A stretch of 64,000 nt of DNA from Candidatus Latescibacterota bacterium (GTDB taxonomy: Bacteria; Latescibacterota; UBA2968; GCA-2709665): the NCBI GenBank assembly GCA_965248435.1, contig OZ252100.1, positions 3,616,001-3,680,000 of the forward strand, given 5' to 3'. Position 1 is the first letter of the stretch. Each line of letters starts with the position of its first letter. Of this stretch, positions 28,786 to 37,698 are shown in pieces. The notes beneath the pieces are model-generated. The model searched no databases. It saw nothing but the letters and a program-made list of their open reading frames with translations, and had not been told where the DNA came from. The position numbers and the translations under genes are program-made.

Positions 28786-28824
28786 TGATGGAGATTGCCG
28801 TACAAAAACGTATAAATTACAGTT

Positions 28825-28837
28825 TATCAATATATTA
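28825..28837. promoter_or_regulatory. Putative IHF site
   Basis: TATCAATATATTA matches WATCAANNNNTTR, with an AT-rich 5' flank, about 40 bp upstream of the sigma54-like motif. Confidence 0.5.
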
Positions 28838-28899
28838 ACGCATTTACTACGAGTGTTGAGAGGGCTGGTTGATTGGGAGGGTTGTTATGTGTACGTGAG

Positions 28900-28940
28900 A
28901 CCTAACCCCCCTGGCCCCCCTTCCCTAAAGGGAAGGGGGG
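28900..28940. repeat. C-rich/G-rich palindromic element
   Basis: CCTAACCCCCCTGGCCCCCCTTCCCTAAAGGGAAGGGGGG, nearly identical to 42970-43007 and the reverse complement of 22680-22719. Confidence 0.8.
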
Positions 28941-29068
28941 ATGAGATGGTGAAACCCGCTATCTGACTATTGGTCCGAAAAAAGATGAGCCACTGGCGGC
29001 GGACTCGAGATAGGGGGATTTTTGTTTTTGATTTTAGCTTTTCGGGATTTATCCTGCTGACGTAATTG

Positions 29069-29084
29069 CGTGAATTGACTCACG
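29069..29084. promoter_or_regulatory. Palindromic CRP-like operator overlapping a TTGACT hexamer
   Basis: CGTGA-ATTGAC-TCACG against the CRP consensus TGTGA-N6-TCACA. Confidence 0.35.
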
Positions 29085-29130
29085 AAGCGTCTTGAAATAA
29101 GCGCTTTTCATTTGTCTGAGGAAATCGGTT

Positions 29131-31128
29131 TTGGCTGAATCGGCCCCAGCGGCCCCAATGCCTGAACAAGCACCGTCATCCAGCGCGCGCGGGATCACGC
29201 TTCGTTCCGTGGCCGTTGGGATCGGGATCGTGGTCCTCGTCAACATCTGGGTGGTCTACGCGGAGACGATCGTCAGGTGCACCCGGCTGAATCTACAGAC
29301 GCTTCAGCTCACTCTGCTTTCGCTTTTCGTCCTCCTCGTCGGGCTCGCCAACCCGCTCCTGAAACTCGTTCAGAGGAGGTTCGCGTTTTCGTCCTCCGAG
29401 CTGCTCGCGGTCGTGGCGATCGGTATGGTGGGCTCGGTCGTGCCCACGACGGGGGTCTCCGGCTTTCTCCTGGGCATGATTTCGTCGCCGTTCTATTTCG
29501 ACACGCCGGAGAATATGTGGGGGGAGTTCTATCACCCCTACTTGAGTACGTGGGCCGTGCAGACGGACCGGGAGGCGCTTCGGGTGTTTTATGAGGGCCT
29601 TCCACCGGGCGCTGAGGCCCCCTGGACATCCTGGATCGTTCCCCTGGGCTGGTGGGCGAGCATCATCGCGGCCATCTTCATCGGATCTGCCTGCGCCATG
29701 GTGATCCTTCGCAAGCCGTGGGTGGAACACGAGCGGCTGGCCTATCCACTCGCGACGGTGCCGATCGAGATGGTAGAGGGCGCCGATTCAAACCGCCTGC
29801 TGCCGGAGTTTATGCAGGGCAGGCTGTTCTGGATCGGAGCTATCGTACCCTTCTCGCTCTTTTTCTGGAATACGATGCACTGGCTCTACCCACCCATTCC
29901 GCACTTCATTCTCTATCCACCGCCCCACTTCGAATACTTCCGGTTTACGCGATACTCTCCATTCATCGTCGTGCAGCCGCTCCAGTTCTACACGATCGGC
30001 ATCTGTTACTTCGCCAACCTGCAGGTGCTGTTCAGCGTCTGGTTCTTCTTCCTGGTGCACGTCGTGGAGGGGGGGATCAAGAATCGATTGGGCTACAGGA
30101 TCGGGTGGTCGTCCGATTCGTTCAGCGCCGACCCGCCGACGGAGGCCTGGCAGTGCCACGGGGCGCTTGCCTTCTTGGTGATCTGGCGGCTCTGGGTTGC
30201 GCGGCATCACTTGCGAGATGTCTTCTTGAGGGCGGTTCGATCGGCCCATCCCGCCGATGACCGCGGCGAGATGCTTTCCTATCGCGTCGCAGTCCTCGGT
30301 CTTCTGCTGAGCCTCTGCTACGCGATGTTCTGGCTTCATCAGATCGGGATGGATCCGGTCACCATCGCGATGTTCATGTTTTCAGGGGGGATTATCTACC
30401 TGGGCATGGCGAGGATCTCAGCGGAGGCGGGCGTGCCCGCTGCACAGTCGTCGGTGTCGCCGCAGGCGTTCGTGATGGACCTCAGGGGCACGGATGTGAT
30501 GTCCCGGGCAAACCTGACCGGCATCCTGCTTTCCTACTCGCTGATCGATTACATGCGCGGGCTGTTTACGCCCAGTCTCGCTCACGCGGCGAGGTGGGGT
30601 GACCTGATCAGGGGGAACCGGCGCCTCCTGCTGCTCTGGGTCGGTATCGGGGTGCTTGCCGGTCTGAGCGCTTCCGTATTGTTCACGATCCACCTCGGCC
30701 ACAATTACGGGGCCTACAACTTCTCGGGTCTCTTCTTCGGGGGGAATCCAAAACAGGTCTTTTCCTCGACAGCGGGGTTGATGCGGACGCCGGTGGCCCC
30801 GGATCCGATGCGGCTCCTGTTCTACGGGATCGGCGCTGTTGTGATGGCGCTGTTGACGTTCATGAGAAACCGGGTCGGCTGGTGGTCTCTCCATCCGATC
30901 GGATTCGTCCTCTCCGCGGCGGACAACAACGCCTCTCTGGTGATGCCTGTGTTTATCGCCTGGGCGCTCAAGATGATATTGATGCGTATCGGGGGCGTTA
31001 CGCTCTATCGACGCACAAAACCATTGTTCCTGGGTCTGCTTGTCGGCTATACGTTCGGCGTAGTCTGGTCGTTCGTCGTGGATGCGATCTGGTTTCCGGG
31101 GCACGGGCACTCTGTGAGTGGATGGTAG
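29131..31128 (+). CDS. DUF6785/DUF6784-family polytopic membrane protein (OPT-like)
   Basis: GITLRSVAVG, ILRKPWVEHERLAYPL, MARISAEAG, WWSLHPIG and PLFLGLLVG motifs; start is TTG 29131 or ATG 29158. Confidence 0.85.
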   Translation: MAESAPAAPMPEQAPSSSARGITLRSVAVGIGIVVLVNIWVVYAETIVRCTRLNLQTLQLTLLSLFVLLVGLANPLLKLVQRRFAFSSSELLAVVAIGMVGSVVPTTGVSGFLLGMISSPFYFDTPENMWGEFYHPYLSTWAVQTDREALRVFYEGLPPGAEAPWTSWIVPLGWWASIIAAIFIGSACAMVILRKPWVEHERLAYPLATVPIEMVEGADSNRLLPEFMQGRLFWIGAIVPFSLFFWNTMHWLYPPIPHFILYPPPHFEYFRFTRYSPFIVVQPLQFYTIGICYFANLQVLFSVWFFFLVHVVEGGIKNRLGYRIGWSSDSFSADPPTEAWQCHGALAFLVIWRLWVARHHLRDVFLRAVRSAHPADDRGEMLSYRVAVLGLLLSLCYAMFWLHQIGMDPVTIAMFMFSGGIIYLGMARISAEAGVPAAQSSVSPQAFVMDLRGTDVMSRANLTGILLSYSLIDYMRGLFTPSLAHAARWGDLIRGNRRLLLLWVGIGVLAGLSASVLFTIHLGHNYGAYNFSGLFFGGNPKQVFSSTAGLMRTPVAPDPMRLLFYGIGAVVMALLTFMRNRVGWWSLHPIGFVLSAADNNASLVMPVFIAWALKMILMRIGGVTLYRRTKPLFLGLLVGYTFGVVWSFVVDAIWFPGHGHSVSGW

Positions 31129-31153
31129 GAAAGCCGACGGCAGACGGCGGACC

Positions 31154-31312
31154 GCAATAATCTCTCTTGTTGAAACAGTGGCTTGCCAGCATTTGATCAA
31201 AAGACGCAATTATGAAGTCGATTCTGACTCGATGGGTGGGGCTTATGCCATGAGCGAGACTGTTTTTAGGAAACTACAAGCAATGCGAAAGGCCATCGCC
31301 CCGAATGCATAG
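31154..31312 (+). pseudogene. 3' remnant of a four-helix-bundle (23S rRNA IVP-like) gene flanked by inverted heptamer arrays
   Basis: Translates AIISLVETVACQHLIKRRNY...AYAMSETVFRKLQAMRKAI*, resembling the C-terminal half of TIGR02436/PF05635 proteins (from recall). No N-terminal half or RBS is present. Confidence 0.6.
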
Positions 31313-31358
31313 CTTTCTGTCGCATCGCGGCCGCCGTCTGCGGTCCGTGGTCTGCGGT

Positions 31359-32831
31359 CTATTCTATCGGGTCAAGCGGGTAAAGCGGCCTTGGCCGATG
31401 CTGGTAGGTAAAGTCTTCGGGATTGGCTGCGGTGGCGCCGGGGGTGTTTACGGTGATGATTCTCGATGAAACCGGTTCGTAGGCAGCGCGAGGGGCGACG
31501 GCACCCTTGACGACGATGATCCTGCGGGTCTCGGGACGGATGCCGAGGCAAAGGACCTGATGGAGGCTCGTCGGAGACTCGCGGAGGCTGGTGAGGACGA
31601 CGAGGTGGCCTTCCGGCGTCTCCACCACTGCTGTGAGGCCGGTGTCGCCGAAGCGCAGGCCGCCGTGCCTCGGTTCCGGCTCGATGTACCTTCCGTCTGC
31701 GATGAGGCGGACGGTCCCGGTGATGGAGATGGGATCGCCGTGCCGATCATCGGTCTTACCGCCTATCATGATACTGACTGCTTCACGCACGCCAGCGGTG
31801 ATGCATTCCTGAACGGCGTCCGGGTCGTAGATCAGGACCAGGCAGTCCGGGACGTTCTGGCGGAGGATTTCGGCGAATAGGATCGTAGAATCTCCCGGGC
31901 CCCCGCCCCCGATGTTGTCCCCGCAATCCATCAGGCTGACCGGACCCTTCGGTTCGGCGGCGGCTTCGCGGACCGCCGACTCAGGATCCGTCAGCTTTGC
32001 TGTCAACGCCTCGCGACGTTCCCAGACAAAGTCGGCAAGTTTCTGGACTTCCGTTTCAGCCCTTTCTGCATCCTGATCCGCAACGACAAGGGCCGTGGGC
32101 CCTATCTCGGCGACGTCTGCATAGATGTAGCCCGGCGCGAAGGAGGCGGAGAGGATTCCGGGAAGACGTGAGATGCGGTCCACCTCAGCCATAATCTCCG
32201 CCATGGGGCCGGATTCAGTGACCTGCTTCAGGATGTGAGGGAGAAGAGGGGGTTTTCGCATGGCCTGCACGGGACGGACCTCTCCGCGGACCGTTCGGGC
32301 GATGAGTTCGGCGGCCTCCAGGCCCCGATCCCGCTGACGGACGTGCGGGCATGTTCGATAAAAGATCGTGGCTGTGGAATTCTCCACCATTCGCGGCGAG
32401 ACGTTGGTGTGCAGGTCGAGCGTGAGCACGATAGGGAAGCCGGGTCCGAGCAGGGTGCGGATACGCTCCATCGTCTCTCCATCCGCATCCGGGTAGGCCT
32501 CGCAAACCATGGCGCCGTGGAGGGCGAGGAGCAGACCGTCCAGCGCTCCGGCGCTCTTGAGTCCTCGCGTGATGTCGCCGACGATCTTCTCGAAGGCCTC
32601 CTCTGTGACTGGGCCGGAGGGGGTGGCCCAACCCATCAGGATGGGGACAGGATCGAAGCCCTGTGCCTCCGCGCCGGCAATAAACCCCCCCATTTCGTGG
32701 TGCGCATCCTCCCAAACAGAGATGACCTCTTCGCCGTAATGAAGGTTCGCCTCCTGGAAGTGCCGGAGGGCGGTTGGCGTTTCCGCAAAGGTGTTGGATT
32801 CGTGCATGAATCCGGCCAGGGCGATTCGCAT
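31359..32831 (-). CDS. M81-family metallopeptidase (MlrC-like)
   Basis: MRIALAGFMHESNTF, LLALHGAMV, TLDLHTNVS, RTCPHV and DNIGGGGPGDST motifs. Confidence 0.92.
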   Translation of the reverse strand: MRIALAGFMHESNTFAETPTALRHFQEANLHYGEEVISVWEDAHHEMGGFIAGAEAQGFDPVPILMGWATPSGPVTEEAFEKIVGDITRGLKSAGALDGLLLALHGAMVCEAYPDADGETMERIRTLLGPGFPIVLTLDLHTNVSPRMVENSTATIFYRTCPHVRQRDRGLEAAELIARTVRGEVRPVQAMRKPPLLPHILKQVTESGPMAEIMAEVDRISRLPGILSASFAPGYIYADVAEIGPTALVVADQDAERAETEVQKLADFVWERREALTAKLTDPESAVREAAAEPKGPVSLMDCGDNIGGGGPGDSTILFAEILRQNVPDCLVLIYDPDAVQECITAGVREAVSIMIGGKTDDRHGDPISITGTVRLIADGRYIEPEPRHGGLRFGDTGLTAVVETPEGHLVVLTSLRESPTSLHQVLCLGIRPETRRIIVVKGAVAPRAAYEPVSSRIITVNTPGATAANPEDFTYQHRPRPLYPLDPIE

Positions 32832-32979
32832 TTTCTCTTCTCCTCCAGACAGTTACAGTCTGGGTGCGAGTGGGTAGGCGAAGGGGTTCCAATACCCTTT
32901 ACAACGGGGGGTTCATTTTGTAAGGTAGACCGGATCTTAAGGCTCTGCAACGCCAAATTTGGCGCGATGGGGTGTCGAA

Positions 32980-34077
32980 ATGAGGAAATACCGCGGCGGC
33001 GTGATCGGACTGGGATGGATGGGCATGCTTGGGGACCTGGAGGGCAAGCGGGCCTGGGACCGATACGATGTGGATGACGTCGACCGCCCCACGCCAGAGC
33101 TGAATGTGCACCGCGAATTCCATTTTCACGACGGCCCGGGTGAAGCGCACGTTCCGCATACCTGGGCCGAAGCCATGTGGGACCGGCCGGAAGTGGACCT
33201 GGTGGCCGGATCTGAACGCGATCCGAAGCGGTTAAAGGCGTTCACAGAGCGCTACGGTGTCAATGCGGTCTATACGGACGCGGAAGAGATGCTGCGAAAG
33301 GAGCGGCTCGACATCGTGGCGATTGCCACGAACGTGAAGGGGCGGGCGGACCTGACCTGCCTGGCCGTGGAATGCGGGGTGAAGGGGATCGCAACCGAGA
33401 AACCGATGGCGCACACGCTCGACGAGGCCGACCGGATGGTGAAGACCTGCGCGGACGCCGGCGTACCGCTCTCCTGCGGGGCCATTCCGGTCAACCATCC
33501 CTCCTACGCAAAGGCCAAAGAGCTGATCAATGGAGGGGCCATCGGGGAGATCGTCTCGATCCAGGCCGAGGCACCCCACGCGCAGAAGCAGAACTGGTCT
33601 TACTTCGTAGACAGCGCGCCGGCCTGGGTGGTGGGCAGCGGGGAGGATCAAGCCAGGCGAGAGTCAGAGAGCAACGAGTTCGTCGGTCAGGGGATGATGG
33701 TGACGACCGACGGAGGATTCGTCTTTTTCAGAAGGGGTGCAGGTCTCCTTCGCGTAACCGGTAGCGCCGGCGAGATTGCGCTGGACCGGGGATGGCGGAT
33801 CTGGCAGGATCTGGACACGCCGATCGGAAAGCAACGCGTGGAGCTGCAGTGGCCGGGCCCGAGGTTGGCGGGCGGCTACAACGCCGTTTACGGACTGGCA
33901 GATATTATCGATTGTTTGGAAGGTCGAATGGATGAGCCGAAGAACTCCGGGAGGCGGATCGCCGTAGCGTTGGAAGTAGAGGTCGCCCTGAAGATGTCAT
34001 CGGCTCAGGGGGGCGCTCACGTGGATCTGCCCCTGAAGGACCGCAGCCACGGCCTTCAATACACCTGGTTCAGGTAG
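32980..34077 (+). CDS. Gfo/Idh/MocA-family oxidoreductase
   Basis: GVIGLGWMG, YTDAEEML..ERLDIVAIAT and EKPMAHTLDEADRMV motifs. Confidence 0.9.
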   Translation: MRKYRGGVIGLGWMGMLGDLEGKRAWDRYDVDDVDRPTPELNVHREFHFHDGPGEAHVPHTWAEAMWDRPEVDLVAGSERDPKRLKAFTERYGVNAVYTDAEEMLRKERLDIVAIATNVKGRADLTCLAVECGVKGIATEKPMAHTLDEADRMVKTCADAGVPLSCGAIPVNHPSYAKAKELINGGAIGEIVSIQAEAPHAQKQNWSYFVDSAPAWVVGSGEDQARRESESNEFVGQGMMVTTDGGFVFFRRGAGLLRVTGSAGEIALDRGWRIWQDLDTPIGKQRVELQWPGPRLAGGYNAVYGLADIIDCLEGRMDEPKNSGRRIAVALEVEVALKMSSAQGGAHVDLPLKDRSHGLQYTWFR

Positions 34078-34084
34078 GCCCGGT

Positions 34085-35794
34085 GTGAACAGCTCCACAG
34101 CGTTCAGGATCTCCAAGGAAGAGGCGCGCGCCTCCAGGGCGATGGTCGCCACGAAGCACGAACAGGCGACCCGGGCAGGGCTGGAAGTCCTGGAACTCGG
34201 CGGGAATGCGATCGACGCTGCGATCGCGGCCTGTTTCGCTACCGGTGTCGTCGAGCCGAACGCGGCGACGATCGGGGGTGGCGGGTATATCGTCTATCAG
34301 ATGGGCGATCGGTGCGGCGTCATCGGCGGGCACATGTGCGCGCCGTTGGAGGCGAGACCTGACATGTTTCGCCTGACCGGCAATCCGGGCACTGGAACGT
34401 TCGGATGGGCGGAAGTGGAAGACAACGCCAATCTAGAAGGCCATCTTTCGATCGGCACGCCAGGTGTCGTGGCCGCGATGTGCGAGGCGCATCGCCTGTT
34501 CGGCCGTGTCCGGCTGGAGGATGTGATCGCTCCAGCCGTCCGGCTTGCGCGGAACGGGTTCACGCCGCACTGGCACAACCTCTACGCCTTCGGCCTCCTT
34601 GCCGGCAACCTGTTCCAACACGAGGAACTCCGCCGGATCTTCATGCCTGGCGGAGCCATGCCGAAGGGCGACTTCTTTCATCCGGGATGCCTGCGCCAGC
34701 CGGAGCTGGCCGATGTGATGGAGGCGATCGGGCGAGAGGGTCCGGATGTCTTCTACAAGGGTGAGGTCGCGGGGAGGATCGCGGAAGATATTCAGGCGAA
34801 CGGCGGGATCCTGTCGCGGAAGGACTTCGATAGTTATACGCCGTTCGTGTGGGACGGGGGTCTTCAGGTCAGCTACCGCGGCCACACGGTGATCCTTCCT
34901 CCCCACGCGACGGCCGGCATCACGACGGCGATGACCCTGAAGTTGATGGATCGGTTCGATTTCGTGGGGATGGGTCACAACCGTGAGGAAACCCTTCACG
35001 CTTTCATCTGTTCGACGCGGCTCGCCTATGCGGACCGCTATGCGTATCTCGCGGATCCCGAGACCGTGGACGTCCCGTGGAGAGGGCTCTTGTCGGATGC
35101 CTACGCCGACAGGCGCCGGGCGCAGATCGGCGATCGCGTGCCCGATGAATGGAAGGCCGGGGACCCGTGGGTAGAGGAGGGGCGTCGTCCGGAAGTCGTG
35201 CACGAGCCGAGCGCTCCGCTGCTGAACGACGGCACGACGCACCTCTGTGCGGTGGACGGCGATGGCAACGCGGTGTCGTTCACGAACACGATCGGTTTCG
35301 GCTTCGGCTCGGGCGTGGTGCCAAAAGGCACCGGAATCGTGATGAACAACGCGATGGCCTGGTTCGACCCGGTGCCGGGGCGGATCAACTCGATTCTGCC
35401 TGGACGCTGGCCGTTGAACAACGCGACTCCGGCGATCGTTCGGACGAAGGACGGGGGGCTGATGCCGCTAGGCGCATCTGGGGGGCGCCGGATTACGAAC
35501 GCGGTCTCCCAAATGATCGCGAACATCGTCGATTTCGGTATGGGACCCCAGGCGGCGATCGACACGCCGCGGGTGGACTGTTCGACGCCGCGGACGAGCG
35601 TCCCTGAGGCGCTGGACGCGACGGTGCGTAGCGGCCTGGAGGCGCGGGGCCATCAACTGAAGGTTGTGGGGTCGGAGTACCCGGCAGGCTGGATCACGAA
35701 CTTTGCGAGCCCGACTGCGATTGTGCGGGACTCCGAGGGAAATCTTACTGCAGGTGTCGATACCTTTCACTCCGCACACGCGGAAGGTCTGTAG
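34085..35794 (+). CDS. ggt: Gamma-glutamyltransferase-family Ntn hydrolase (no signal peptide)
   Basis: GGNAIDAAIA, IGGGG, GTPG, GTTHLCAVDGDGNAVSFTNT (Thr nucleophile), FGSG, GIVMNN and GASGG motifs. Confidence 0.9.
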   Translation: MNSSTAFRISKEEARASRAMVATKHEQATRAGLEVLELGGNAIDAAIAACFATGVVEPNAATIGGGGYIVYQMGDRCGVIGGHMCAPLEARPDMFRLTGNPGTGTFGWAEVEDNANLEGHLSIGTPGVVAAMCEAHRLFGRVRLEDVIAPAVRLARNGFTPHWHNLYAFGLLAGNLFQHEELRRIFMPGGAMPKGDFFHPGCLRQPELADVMEAIGREGPDVFYKGEVAGRIAEDIQANGGILSRKDFDSYTPFVWDGGLQVSYRGHTVILPPHATAGITTAMTLKLMDRFDFVGMGHNREETLHAFICSTRLAYADRYAYLADPETVDVPWRGLLSDAYADRRRAQIGDRVPDEWKAGDPWVEEGRRPEVVHEPSAPLLNDGTTHLCAVDGDGNAVSFTNTIGFGFGSGVVPKGTGIVMNNAMAWFDPVPGRINSILPGRWPLNNATPAIVRTKDGGLMPLGASGGRRITNAVSQMIANIVDFGMGPQAAIDTPRVDCSTPRTSVPEALDATVRSGLEARGHQLKVVGSEYPAGWITNFASPTAIVRDSEGNLTAGVDTFHSAHAEGL

Positions 35795-35857
35795 ACGTAC
35801 GAAACGTAACGACGATCCATAGATCGCAAGTGGAATTCAATCAAGGGAGATCCCTAC

Positions 35858-36622
35858 ATGAATACCAACAAGCGACCCTCATCCGAAGTGATCGAAGCCC
35901 TGTATGAGCTGGGGGTAGATGCCGTCACGACGACGATGGACGGACTCGGCGTGCGCCGGACGTTCATGCAGGGTCCGCAAATCCGTATCCCGGGAAGCAA
36001 GATCGTCGGTCCTGCGATCACGCTTCGCTTTGTGCCAAATCGGGAGGATAAGATAAAGGGGTTCAAGCTGCCCGGGGCGGACGGAGAGGGAATCGCCGAA
36101 GAAGAGGAGGCCGAGAAGAAGTCGGCCCTGTGGGAGATCATGTATCACGTGCAGCCGGGGGACGTCCTCGTTGCGGAACAGCGAGGGGACATCGCGACCG
36201 GTGTGGTTGGGGAGATGCTGGCGACCTATTTCAAGGCCCGCGGAGGGATCGGGATTGTGACTGACGGCTGCGTGAGGGACTCGAAGATGATCTTCGAGGA
36301 GGTAGGCCTGCCGTGCTGGACGACCAGTCTTACCACGGGCGGTGCGAGCCACATGAATCTGTTTCCTCTGGATTTCAACCTCCCGATCGGGTGCGGCAAG
36401 GTCCTTGTCGAGCCCGGAGACATCATCATGGCGGACAACGGGGGCGCGATCGTGGTGCCGCCTGTACTCCTGCCTGCGATTCTGGAGAAGGCAGGCGCAA
36501 AAGAGGAGCGGGAGATCTTCATCCGGATGAAACTGCGGGAAGGGGGAGAGATGAAGAAGTACTACCCACTGAACGAAGAAGGACAGAAGGAGTTTGAGGA
36601 GTGGCTCGCGGCTAGGAAGTGA
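35858..36622 (+). CDS. RraA-like / HMG-CHA aldolase-family protein
   Basis: VGPAITLRF, GEMLA, GIVTDGCVRD and VEPGDIIMADNGG motifs. Confidence 0.85.
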   Translation: MNTNKRPSSEVIEALYELGVDAVTTTMDGLGVRRTFMQGPQIRIPGSKIVGPAITLRFVPNREDKIKGFKLPGADGEGIAEEEEAEKKSALWEIMYHVQPGDVLVAEQRGDIATGVVGEMLATYFKARGGIGIVTDGCVRDSKMIFEEVGLPCWTTSLTTGGASHMNLFPLDFNLPIGCGKVLVEPGDIIMADNGGAIVVPPVLLPAILEKAGAKEEREIFIRMKLREGGEMKKYYPLNEEGQKEFEEWLAARK

Positions 36623-36627
36623 GGACA

Positions 36628-36714
36628 GGGTACCGGGAAATCAAAACACGGGTACAGGGCACCGTAAGACTGGGCATCATCGTGGGCCGGTAGGGGCGAA
36701 CCTTGTGTTCGCCC
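36628..36714. repeat. GGGTACC element plus GTAG-type REP-like hairpin
   Basis: GGGTACCGGGAAATCAAAACACGGGTAC and GTAGGGGCGAACCTTGTGTTCGCCC. Confidence 0.8.
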
Positions 36715-36777
36715 ACACGTGCATCACCTCGTGACATATGATTGTAGGCCCGGAAAACAAATAACGGAGGAAACAGG

Positions 36778-37611
36778 ATGCTGAGAATCGGCTGTGCGAC
36801 GTTCAGTTTCGGGGACTTGACGCTGGAGGAATCGGCCGAAGTGGTGAAAGGCCTGGGCTTCAACCTGGTGGATGTGGGGGCGGGATGGAGCAAGTATCAG
36901 CAGGTCCATCCCGCGGAGGCGGCAGAGGACCCCCAGGAGCACGCGGATATTATCAAAAAATGGATGGAGAAGCACGGCCTTGCGATCTCCGAGCTGTTCG
37001 TGATGCAGTTCGAGGATCCGCCGAATCACCCGGACCCGGAGTCGAGGGCGCGGACCCAAAAGCGGTTCGAGGGGCTCGCGACGTTTTGCCAGAAGGCGGG
37101 GTTCGAGAGCATCATGATGCTACCGGGCGGGGTCAACGAGGGACAGACGGAAGAGGAGGCCTTCGACACGTCGGTGGCCGAGCTTCAGAAGATGGTGGCG
37201 GTGGCGCAGGAAAAGGGCATCCAATGCAACGTCGAGCCGAATGGAGGCTCTGTTGCGGGAAAGCCGGATGACGGGGCGCGGCTCTGCGAGGCTGTTCCGG
37301 GGCTGGGGCTCACGCTCGACTATCACCATCAACTGCAGCTGGGCTTTAATGTCGATCAAATCGAACCGATGCATAAGTACGCGAAACACTTCCACGCCAA
37401 GCAGTCGGCACCGGGATCGGGTATGGCGAAGGCGGATGAAGGTGCGATTGATTTCAGGCGGTTGGTCCGAACACTGAAGGCCGAAAACTACGAGGGCGTC
37501 GTCTGCGTAGAATTCGTGACACGCCAGGAATTGATCGATCAGGGCTGGGACTTCAAGGTAGAGACGGGCAGACTCAAGGAAATCCTCGAAGAGGCCCTCT
37601 ACGAGAATTAG
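36778..37611 (+). CDS. Sugar phosphate isomerase/epimerase (xylose isomerase-like TIM barrel)
   Basis: NVEP, GLTLDYHH, HFHAKQ, GAIDF and YEGVVCVEF motifs. Confidence 0.85.
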   Translation: MLRIGCATFSFGDLTLEESAEVVKGLGFNLVDVGAGWSKYQQVHPAEAAEDPQEHADIIKKWMEKHGLAISELFVMQFEDPPNHPDPESRARTQKRFEGLATFCQKAGFESIMMLPGGVNEGQTEEEAFDTSVAELQKMVAVAQEKGIQCNVEPNGGSVAGKPDDGARLCEAVPGLGLTLDYHHQLQLGFNVDQIEPMHKYAKHFHAKQSAPGSGMAKADEGAIDFRRLVRTLKAENYEGVVCVEFVTRQELIDQGWDFKVETGRLKEILEEALYEN

Positions 37612-37698
37612 AGAACCTGGGTTCGAAGTTGGATTCATCCTTCACCGATCAGTGACGCGAGAGTCCTCCACTGGAGGACTCTTTGACTGTAAAGGCGA

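Noticed and set aside
29092-29110. LacI-type operator (TGAAATAAGCGCTTTTCA)
   Set aside because: The symmetry is imperfect, there is a single instance and no LacI gene is in the window; too weak to call.
31359-32831. Microcystin degradation (mlr) cluster
   Set aside because: Only an MlrC-family member is present, without mlrA, mlrB or mlrD; the M81 family is widespread.
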